64,000 bases of DNA from Mycobacterium sp. GTDB taxonomy: Bacteria; Actinomycetota; Actinomycetes; Mycobacteriales; Mycobacteriaceae. Below are positions 20,754-28,456 of the stretch, in pieces. Where the stretch lies: contig JAVHWH010000062.1 of the NCBI GenBank assembly GCA_032159915.1, positions 145 through 64,144 of the forward strand, given 5' to 3'. A model generated the notes under the pieces. The model searched no databases. It saw nothing but the letters and a program-made list of their open reading frames with translations, and was not told the DNA's origin. The position numbers and the translations under genes were made by a program. Within the stretch, counting starts at the first letter, position 1. Every line of letters starts with the position of its first letter.

Positions 20754-21872
20754 TCAGCCGACGCGTTCGGCCTGCACCGTCCACTTCTCCTCGATGCGCC
20801 CGTAGCGCCAAACCAACAAGGCGCCGGCCCACGTGACAACGAACAGGCCGACGATGACAAAACCGACTGTGTTGAGATCGATGCCGCCCAGCCAGCTCCA
20901 GATTCCGCTTGTCCAGCCCAACTGCTCGGCCAGCAGACCGAGTATTTCGACGGTGCCGATGAGCAGTGCGACAACCACCGAAAGGCCGGTGATGGTGATG
21001 TTGTAGTAGACCTTGCGAACCGGATTCGAAAAGGCCCAGCCGTAAGCGAAATTCATGAAGGAACCGTCGATCGTGTCCAGCAGACACATTCCCGCGGTGA
21101 ACAACACCGGCAGGCACAAGATGGCATACCACGGCAGGCCGGCCGCGGCGCTGGTGCCGGCCAGTACCAGGAGCGCGACTTCGGTAGCGGTGTCAAAGCC
21201 CAGGCCGAACAGCACGCCGATCGGATACATATGCCAGGACGCACTGACCGATTTGGTGAAGCGGCCGAGTAGCCGATTGAGCAGTCCGCGATTGTTCAGC
21301 TGCGCTTCGAGCTCGTCCTCGTCGTAGTGTCCGCGGCGCATCTGCATGAACACGCGCAGGATGCCGACCAGGATGACCACATTGATGACGGCGATCAAGT
21401 ACAGGAACACGCCCGAGACGCTGGTGCCGATCAGGCTGGTGTAGTGATGCAGGGCGGACGAGTCCTGCTCCACCGGCCCGATTACTGCCTTGAGCCCGAA
21501 TGCGATGAGCAGTGCCAGCCCGAACACCACCGACGAGTGGCCGAGGGAGAAGAAGAAGCCGACGCCAAGCGGCCGCTGCCCGTCATTCATCAGCTTGCGG
21601 GTGGTGTTGTCGATGGCGGCGATGTGGTCGGCGTCGAATGCGTGCCGTAGCCCCAGTGTGTAGGCGGTCAGGCCGATGCCGATACCGAACGCTTTGTCTC
21701 CAATGCTCAGATGCGCCGGCTCGACGACGAGCACCAGTGTGCCCCAACCAATTAGATGTAGCGCGATAATGATCGCGAACATCGACGACAGGCGCAGCCA
21801 CTCGTCGGGCGTCAAAGCCCCGCGTAGTCGGGAGCGCGACGAAGGTTGCCTGCTGAGTGTGTCAGCGGCCAT
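20754..21872 (-). CDS. nicT: HoxN/HupN/NixA (NiCoT) nickel/cobalt transporter
   Basis: RHAFDADH signature, FSLGHSSVV, GLGFDTATE; start could be 21884. Confidence 0.96.
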   Translation of the reverse strand: MAADTLSRQPSSRSRLRGALTPDEWLRLSSMFAIIIALHLIGWGTLVLVVEPAHLSIGDKAFGIGIGLTAYTLGLRHAFDADHIAAIDNTTRKLMNDGQRPLGVGFFFSLGHSSVVFGLALLIAFGLKAVIGPVEQDSSALHHYTSLIGTSVSGVFLYLIAVINVVILVGILRVFMQMRRGHYDEDELEAQLNNRGLLNRLLGRFTKSVSASWHMYPIGVLFGLGFDTATEVALLVLAGTSAAAGLPWYAILCLPVLFTAGMCLLDTIDGSFMNFAYGWAFSNPVRKVYYNITITGLSVVVALLIGTVEILGLLAEQLGWTSGIWSWLGGIDLNTVGFVIVGLFVVTWAGALLVWRYGRIEEKWTVQAERVG

Positions 21873-21934
21873 GTCGCGTCCCATCTTGATTAAGGTCCGG
21901 GCCGCCATCGACGCTAATCCACCGGCAGACGTGT

Positions 21935-21971
21935 TGCAGACGATTCGCAGGAATATTGCGAGTATTTCGCA
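21935..21971. promoter_or_regulatory. tandem Nur-like operator boxes upstream of nicT
   Basis: TGCAG-ACGAT-TCGCA (21935-21949) and TGCGA-GTATT-TCGCA (21957-21971). Confidence 0.7.
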
Positions 21972-22001
21972 GGTGAGTATCGAGTCCCCGAATTGCTCGG
22001 G

Positions 22002-23129
22002 TCAGCCCCGAAACGTGATGAGCGGAATTGCCATCTCAGCGGGCGTTGCCGCCCCGTGGAAGCCGACGAGCTGAGCGACTTCCGGTGGCTCGTGGGCGCT
22101 GGCCAGCACGGCCGTGTCAGCCAGACAGCTGACGACGACGTCGCCGATCCGCGGCAGGTGATGGGGTGGCACGTATCCGAAAAGCCCCGCCGCTACGGCG
22201 TCGTCGCGGGTTCGCACGTCGGCTCGCCCATCCAACAGCTCGCTCCAAACGGCAATCACATCGGAGGCCGCGCCCGGCGCGGTGTGCAGGTAGCGCACCC
22301 GCGGATCGCCGGCAACGACTCGCACACCGGCACTCAACCTCGAATCGGCGTCAAGATCGATCCGACGATGATCCGGCACGTTCAACCCGCCGTGGTCGGC
22401 GGTGATCAGCAGCGCGCCATCCGGCGGCAACGCCTCGACCAGTCGGGTCAGTAGTGCATCCACGTACGCCGCGGCGGCGTGCCACTCGGCGGACCCGATC
22501 CCGAATAGGTGTGCCGCGGTGTCGAGCGCGGCAGTGTAGGCATAGACCAGTCCAGGCCGTAATCGCATGTGATCAATGACGATCTGGGCGTAGTCGTCGT
22601 CGGGTCTGGCGGCCACGAATTGGGCGCCCCGGTACACCGCCTCGGTCAGGCCGCTGCCTTCGAAGGCCGCCGGCAGCACGGCGCGGGCACCGACGCCGGC
22701 TCGACGCAGTCGCTCGAACCACGTTGGGACGGGCTGCCATTGCTCAGCCGGCGGATCATCGCGCCACGCGATGTGGTTGAGCACCCATTCGGTTTCGGGC
22801 ACCTTGACGGTAAACCCCAAGACGCCATGCTCACCAGGTGCGACGCCGGTGCTCAACGATGCCAGGCTCGTCGGGGTGGTCGAGGGGTACGTGCAGGTGA
22901 GCTCGTCGAGCCGGCCGACACGACCGGCCAGCACCGAGGCCAGCAGCGGTGCATCGGCAGCCAATTCAGGTAGCAAGTGCCAACCCATACCGTCGACGAG
23001 CACGACGGCAACCCGGTGCACATTGCCGACCCACTCGGTCACTCGCAGCGCGTCGATTGCCCCGGACACTGACAACAACGCGGCCGCGGCGGGCAATACG
23101 TCGCAGATCGAACGCGACAAATCGGGCAC
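22002..23129 (-). CDS. alkaline phosphatase superfamily, nucleotide pyrophosphatase/phosphodiesterase
   Basis: VLVDGMG, TYPSTT (catalytic Thr), DTAAH, TADHG, GFHG. Confidence 0.88.
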   Translation of the reverse strand: MPDLSRSICDVLPAAAALLSVSGAIDALRVTEWVGNVHRVAVVLVDGMGWHLLPELAADAPLLASVLAGRVGRLDELTCTYPSTTPTSLASLSTGVAPGEHGVLGFTVKVPETEWVLNHIAWRDDPPAEQWQPVPTWFERLRRAGVGARAVLPAAFEGSGLTEAVYRGAQFVAARPDDDYAQIVIDHMRLRPGLVYAYTAALDTAAHLFGIGSAEWHAAAAYVDALLTRLVEALPPDGALLITADHGGLNVPDHRRIDLDADSRLSAGVRVVAGDPRVRYLHTAPGAASDVIAVWSELLDGRADVRTRDDAVAAGLFGYVPPHHLPRIGDVVVSCLADTAVLASAHEPPEVAQLVGFHGAATPAEMAIPLITFRG

Positions 23130-23223
23130 GATGCCAGTCTGACAGTCGCGCCGAATCGCGCGCTAGCGCACCCAATCCAGCCGTTGTCTGCCTTTCGACG
23201 ATCGACTGCGTGATACTGGCGGA

Positions 23224-23724
23224 GTGGCCAAGCCCTCGGCTTTGGATCCGGCCGTCAGCGAGCGGATCGGCGAGCTGCTACGCGCCCACGGGCTGCGCCG
23301 GATGGCCTCCCGGATCGCGGTCTTGGCGGTGCTCGAACCGGCCAACACGCACCTGTCCGTCGCCGACATCGATCAGCGGCTTCGCCAGTGTTTGCCCGCC
23401 GAAGGCCAGCCGCCGGATCTGGCGACGATCTACCGCACGGTGACCACCCTGCTCGACCAGGGTGTGCTGCACGCCTTATCCGTGGAGGGCGGGGTTACCA
23501 CGTATGGCCTGGCCGACGTCCCGCACCATCACGCGGTGTGCACGCGGTGCGGTTCCATCATCGAAGTGCCGGCCGGACATCTGGCCTCTGCACTCCAGCA
23601 TGCGATGGTCGGCAGTTCGTTCACGTTGTCCGAGAGCGCCGGCCTGACCCTGCATGGACTGTGCCCACAGTGCCAGGGAGACGTACCGAACGGTGCCGCC
23701 GAGGCGCCACCGCCACGACGCTAA
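23224..23724 (+). CDS. Fur-family metalloregulator (possibly Nur-like)
   Basis: LATIYRTV helix, HHHAVCTRC, GLCPQC. Confidence 0.92.
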   Translation: MAKPSALDPAVSERIGELLRAHGLRRMASRIAVLAVLEPANTHLSVADIDQRLRQCLPAEGQPPDLATIYRTVTTLLDQGVLHALSVEGGVTTYGLADVPHHHAVCTRCGSIIEVPAGHLASALQHAMVGSSFTLSESAGLTLHGLCPQCQGDVPNGAAEAPPPRR

Positions 23725-24458
23725 ACGTAGGCTAGCCGCTGATTTGTCAGGCGAAGTTGGCGGTCGGTGCTTTCGGCCAGCGCCTGGATCTGATCGGATT
23801 GCAACCGGCCGCACAGCCGACCCCAGTGCAGCGCAACCTCGTCGCCCGCCGCCACGTCCGGCATCGCACTGTACCCATCGGCCCACACGTCGAGTCGGCG
23901 CGCAGACGGCTGGGACAGCGTGAGGGCTCGACCATCCCAGGCCAGGCCTTGACACATCACATCGACCTGACCGCCGATGCGGGAAAGCACGCTGCCGCAA
24001 GTGATCCGGCAATTGTCCAATACACTCAGCGGCTGCTCGTCCATCCCGCGCCCTAAAAACCGAGTCCAGGGATAGACACCGAAGACATGGAAGCAGTGAT
24101 TGCCGGCCGCCTCGCGGGCCAAATCAGGGGTGAGGTGCGACCAGTAGTGGCCTGCCTGCGGGCCGATGATGGCCAGCAACGCATCGAAGAACTCGCGCGG
24201 GTCAAGGTTGGCGCCGACGCCCCCGCCCAGCCAATACGACTCGACAAGCCGGTGGTCGAGCGGATCGCTGATGCCGGTCATCTTGGCGAGCACCTGCAAG
24301 TAGGGCCAGGCCCCGGAAAACTTGGTCGCGGCCTTTCGAACCTCGTTGACCGAGCCGTCCCGCAACGTCGCGCCCAGTGGGGGACCGCAATAGCCCAGGG
24401 CGTTGGGCGCGTGGGCGTACCGAGCGAACATCTCGGCGCCGAGGCTCGCAGGGTCCAA
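23721..24458 (-). CDS. hydrogenase-associated DUF6390-like protein
   Basis: FARYAHAPNALGYCGP, HCFHVFGVYPW, C-terminal VALHWG; last gene of the hyp operon. Confidence 0.75.
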   Translation of the reverse strand: MDPASLGAEMFARYAHAPNALGYCGPPLGATLRDGSVNEVRKAATKFSGAWPYLQVLAKMTGISDPLDHRLVESYWLGGGVGANLDPREFFDALLAIIGPQAGHYWSHLTPDLAREAAGNHCFHVFGVYPWTRFLGRGMDEQPLSVLDNCRITCGSVLSRIGGQVDVMCQGLAWDGRALTLSQPSARRLDVWADGYSAMPDVAAGDEVALHWGRLCGRLQSDQIQALAESTDRQLRLTNQRLAYV

Positions 24459-24461
24459 CTG

Positions 24462-25601
24462 TCAGCCCCGCCTTGTTTGACTCACTAGCTTCGCTGCATC
24501 ACGATGCATGCGGCCGAAGTTGTAGTAGGCCGCGCATGCTCCCTCGGGTGACACCATGCAGGTGCCGATAGGCGTCTCCGGAGTGCAGGCGGTACCGAAA
24601 ACTTTGCATTCCCATGGCTTGAGCACACCTTTGAGCACCTCGCCGCACTGACACGCCTTGGGGTCGGCGACCCGCACGCCGGGCATCGAGAACCGGAGTT
24701 CGGCGTCAAACTCCGCGAAGTCGTCGTGCAGCCGCAGCGCACTCTGGGAGATGAACCCCAGCCCACGCCATTCGAAGTGCGGACGCAGGGCGAACACCCT
24801 TCCCATCAGCGCCAGCGCCGCAGGGTTGCCGTGCTCGGGCACTACTCGTTTGTATTGATTTTCCACCTCGCAACGGCCTTCTCGGATCTGGCGCAGCAGC
24901 ATGGTGACCGCCGCCAAAATATCCAGTGGCTCGAACCCGGCCACCACCAACGGCTTTCGGTATATCTCGGTCACGAACCGGTACGGCCGGTTGCCCACCA
25001 CGGTTGAAACATGCCCGGGACCGATGAAGCCGGACAGCCGCAGGTCCGGTGATTCCAGGATGGCTTTGATCGGCGGCACGATCGTGACGTGGTTGCAGAA
25101 CACACTGAAATTTCGCAGGCCAAGTTCGCGGGCACGGACCAGCGTCACAGCGGTCGACGGGGCAGTGGTCTCGAAGCCGATGGCGAAGAACACCACGTGC
25201 TTGTCGGGGTTGTCGACAGCAATCTTGAGCGCGTCGAGCGGGGAGTAGACGAACCGGACATCGGCACCGCGTGCCTTGGCGTCGAGCAGACTGCCTGCCG
25301 ACCCGGGCACCCGCATCATGTCGCCGAAACAGGTGAAGATCACGTCGGATTGGCCGGCCAGCCACATCGCGTCGTCGATACGTCCCATCGGGATCACGCA
25401 GACCGGACACCCGGGCCCGTGGACCAGTTCGACATTGTCAGGCAGTAGGTGTTCGATGCCGTGCCGGTAAATGGTGTGAGTGTGCCCGCCGCACACCTCC
25501 ATGAACTTGAAGTGGTCGGAGCCGCGTTTCGCCAGATTCTCGATGGCAGCCAACAGCTTGCGGGCCGCAGCCGGATCGCGGAATTCGTCAACAAATTTCA
25601 T
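24462..25601 (-). CDS. hypD: hydrogenase maturation protein HypD
   Basis: MEVCGGHT, GPGCPVC, GFETT, PGHVS, C-terminal Cys cluster. Confidence 0.98.
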   Translation of the reverse strand: MKFVDEFRDPAAARKLLAAIENLAKRGSDHFKFMEVCGGHTHTIYRHGIEHLLPDNVELVHGPGCPVCVIPMGRIDDAMWLAGQSDVIFTCFGDMMRVPGSAGSLLDAKARGADVRFVYSPLDALKIAVDNPDKHVVFFAIGFETTAPSTAVTLVRARELGLRNFSVFCNHVTIVPPIKAILESPDLRLSGFIGPGHVSTVVGNRPYRFVTEIYRKPLVVAGFEPLDILAAVTMLLRQIREGRCEVENQYKRVVPEHGNPAALALMGRVFALRPHFEWRGLGFISQSALRLHDDFAEFDAELRFSMPGVRVADPKACQCGEVLKGVLKPWECKVFGTACTPETPIGTCMVSPEGACAAYYNFGRMHRDAAKLVSQTRRG

Positions 25602-25612
25602 CGTCGCCTCCC

Positions 25613-25885
25613 TTAGACAATCGCCGACGAGTCGAAGGCCTCGACTTCGGTGGTGTAGGCCTCGCCGAGCTTTTTGACGGCGGCCAGGGTGAGCAACGCC
25701 TCAGTCTCGTCGATCTTCGCCATCGCGAAACCGACATGGACCAGCACCCAGTCGTCGGGCTCGGGCATGTCGCTTTCCAGCAACCGCACGCTGATCATGC
25801 GCTGTACACCGCTGACGTCTACCTTTGCCAAATAATTGGCGGGATCAATGACCTCAACGATCCGACCCGGAATTCCAAGGCACAT
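25613..25885 (-). CDS. hypC: HypC/HybG/HupF chaperone
   Basis: MCLGIPG start, DWVLVHVGFA. Confidence 0.95.
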   Translation of the reverse strand: MCLGIPGRIVEVIDPANYLAKVDVSGVQRMISVRLLESDMPEPDDWVLVHVGFAMAKIDETEALLTLAAVKKLGEAYTTEVEAFDSSAIV

Positions 25886-25905
25886 CGACGATCTCCTCCT
25901 CTTGT

Positions 25906-25950
25906 GTGACGACCCGCTGCACCCGGCTCCGCCGCGCTTGCGATCGCCAC
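25906..25950 (-). repeat. mycobacterial palindromic interspersed element between hypE and hypC
   Basis: GTGGCGATCGC-AAGCGCGGCGGAGCCGGGTGCA-GCGGGTCGTCAC imperfect stem-loop. Confidence 0.55.
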
Positions 25951-25956
25951 GTCAGC

Positions 25957-27069
25957 TCAGCAGATTCGCGGCAGTGGGTCGCCGACGAGCATGTCGACGA
26001 TCCGGGTGCCGCCGAATCCGGTACGTAGGACGACGGTTTCAGACGGTTCGGTGACGATTTCTCCGACCTCGGCCGCATCGGCGCCCAGCGGATGCGAGCG
26101 CAAGGCGGCCAGCCCGACGTCAGCCTCCTCGGGTGCGACGACGGCGACGAACTTGCCCTCGTTGGCGACGTAGAGGGGATCAATGCCGAGCAGCTCGCAC
26201 GCGCCATTGACCATGGGCCGCACGGGCAGTCGCTCCTCTTCCAGCAGCACCCCCAGGCCGCAGGCCTGAGCCAATTCGTTGCAGACGGTCCCGACCCCGC
26301 CTCGGGTGGCGTCCCGCAGCCACCGCGTCGATGGCGCGGCTGCCATCAGCAGTTCCACCAGCGGGCTCAAGCAGGCCGTGTCGGAATGGATGTCGGCCTC
26401 GATGGCCAAGTCGCCCCGGGCCAGCATCACCGCCATGCCGTGATCACCCATGGAACCTGACAACAGCACCTTGTCACCCGGGCGTATCGACGCGGTCGAA
26501 AGTTTGCGTCCCGCCGGAACGACGCCGACTCCGGTGGTGGTGACGAACATGCCGTCGGCGGCCCCCTTGGGCACCACCTTGGTGTCGCCGGTGACGATCT
26601 GCACACCCGCGTTGGCCGCCGCAGCGGCCATGTCGGCGACGATGTCCTTCAATTCGGCGATCGGAAAACCCTCTTCCAACACAAATGCCGCCGAGACCCA
26701 AGACGGCACCGCACCGGACATGGCGACGTCGTTGCACGTGCCGTGCACTGCGAGCTGCCCGATGGAACCGCCGGGAAAACGTCGGGGCTGCACCACAAAT
26801 GAATCAGTGGACATCGCCAGCCGCTCGCCGCCGGGCAGGGTGAGGACCGCCCCGTCGCCGAGTGACTCGAGCAGCGGGTTGCGGAATGCCTCCATGAACA
26901 CCGCGTCGATCAGCGCGGCCGAGGCCTTGCCGCCCGCTCCGTGCGCCAAGTTCACATGGTCGTCGAGCAACCGGGGGCGACGCCTTCGGAACGACTCGAT
27001 CCGTTCGATCACCTCGCCCTCGGCAAACCGCGGACCCGACGACAAGTATTCACCGGCTGGCTTGGTCAT
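25957..27069 (-). CDS. hypE: carbamoyl dehydratase HypE
   Basis: AHGAGGK, TDSFVV, GDTKVV, RDATRGG, C-terminal PRIC. Confidence 0.97.
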   Translation of the reverse strand: MTKPAGEYLSSGPRFAEGEVIERIESFRRRRPRLLDDHVNLAHGAGGKASAALIDAVFMEAFRNPLLESLGDGAVLTLPGGERLAMSTDSFVVQPRRFPGGSIGQLAVHGTCNDVAMSGAVPSWVSAAFVLEEGFPIAELKDIVADMAAAAANAGVQIVTGDTKVVPKGAADGMFVTTTGVGVVPAGRKLSTASIRPGDKVLLSGSMGDHGMAVMLARGDLAIEADIHSDTACLSPLVELLMAAAPSTRWLRDATRGGVGTVCNELAQACGLGVLLEEERLPVRPMVNGACELLGIDPLYVANEGKFVAVVAPEEADVGLAALRSHPLGADAAEVGEIVTEPSETVVLRTGFGGTRIVDMLVGDPLPRIC

Positions 27070-27740
27070 GCGGCCCCCAATCCTCGATCGTCGGACCGTT
27101 GCTGGGTGGCTGACCACAGCTGGTAGCCCAGCAACGCTTGCGATTCCTGAATCCGGTGCACGCTTTGCGAGCGAACGGTGAAGCAGGCGTCCACGTTTGG
27201 ATTGTTGGTGAAGGCGCCGCCGTCATAGCCGGCGAAGCCGACGGTGTACATACCGCGTTGTCGCGCCTCGGCCAGCGCGGCCAGCAAGTTGGCTGAATTG
27301 CCGCTGGTCGACATGGCGATCGCGATGTCACCGGCCTTGGCGCGGGCGATCAACTGCCTGGCGAACACCAGCTCGAACCCGACGTCGTTGCCCAGCGCGG
27401 TCATAATCGCCTGATCGGCGGTCAACGACCATGCGGGTAGCGGCTTGCCGGCCGGCGGGCGGGAGAACAAAGCGGCCAAGGTGGTGGAATCGGTGCAGCT
27501 GCCGCCGTTTCCGAAGGTGAACAGCCGGCCGCCGGCCGCGAAGCGGCGCGCCATCTCGGTACCAGCCTGCTCCAACAACTCGGCGCTGGCGGCCAACGTG
27601 GTGCGCCGCAGTGCCATGCTCTCGGCGGCCTTCGCCTGCGCTGACGCGGCGAGATCGGCAAGCAGCGATCGCGGGTCTTCCTCCTGTGCATCGATGAACG
27701 GATACAGGAAGTTGGTGGGCTCTTCGCCGGCGCGTTCCAT
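27066..27740 (-). CDS. SIS-domain GmhA-like protein
   Basis: FGNGGS, TALGNDVGF, STSGNS, RIQE. Confidence 0.85.
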   Translation of the reverse strand: MERAGEEPTNFLYPFIDAQEEDPRSLLADLAASAQAKAAESMALRRTTLAASAELLEQAGTEMARRFAAGGRLFTFGNGGSCTDSTTLAALFSRPPAGKPLPAWSLTADQAIMTALGNDVGFELVFARQLIARAKAGDIAIAMSTSGNSANLLAALAEARQRGMYTVGFAGYDGGAFTNNPNVDACFTVRSQSVHRIQESQALLGYQLWSATQQRSDDRGLGAA

Positions 27741-28456
27741 CAGAGGTCCTCCTCGAGGCGAATGATCGCCGTCCCGGCGTGCACCAGGACCAGCTCGCCG
27801 GCGGCGACCGGGTCGATCAGCGCCGTCACCACCTTCTCGACGCCCCGCGCCGTGCGCACCGCGGCCATCCCGTCGGCCGACGGCGACACCACCTCACCGA
27901 TGCGTCCCTCGTCACTGCACGTGACGCAAACTTGTTCGGATGATTCGGGATTGAGCAGTCCGGAGTGCTCGAAGCACACATGGGTCAGTTCCCATAACAG
28001 GTGATAAAACAGCACGAAGCCGCCGGTCGCCGGTATACGCGGGTCGGGGTCGTCGAGCCACAGCACGTGATCGGCTCCACCCGCGGTGGGCCGTTCCCCG
28101 CTGCCGATCCAGATTGTGGTGGCGCCCCAGGCCGGGCTGCGGCGCATCACCGAACGCAGGTCGAGGTCAGCGGCGGCGCCCACCCCGATTACGATGTCGC
28201 CGGGCTGCACCGAAACCCGCACCAAATCAACGAGATTCGGTCCGGTCAGCGCGACGGCCGGCAATGCGCGCTTTCCCATGATCACCGGATGCACGAACTC
28301 GACCGCGATGTGCATCGCATGGGGCTCCGACGACGGCGCAATGGACCACATAGTGGCCCCCGCCGCGAACCGCTTGGCCAGGGTGAAGGCACTCGCGGCC
28401 AAATCAGCGGCAAGCTCGTCATCAAGCCCACGGTCGATCGCAGTCATGGTCGTCAC
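27740..28456 (-). CDS. degenerate SIS domain fused to a C-terminal HypC-like domain
   Basis: HIAVEFVHP...ALPAVAL, then CVTCSDEG...GELVLVHAGTAI. Confidence 0.75.
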   Translation of the reverse strand: MTTMTAIDRGLDDELAADLAASAFTLAKRFAAGATMWSIAPSSEPHAMHIAVEFVHPVIMGKRALPAVALTGPNLVDLVRVSVQPGDIVIGVGAAADLDLRSVMRRSPAWGATTIWIGSGERPTAGGADHVLWLDDPDPRIPATGGFVLFYHLLWELTHVCFEHSGLLNPESSEQVCVTCSDEGRIGEVVSPSADGMAAVRTARGVEKVVTALIDPVAAGELVLVHAGTAIIRLEEDL

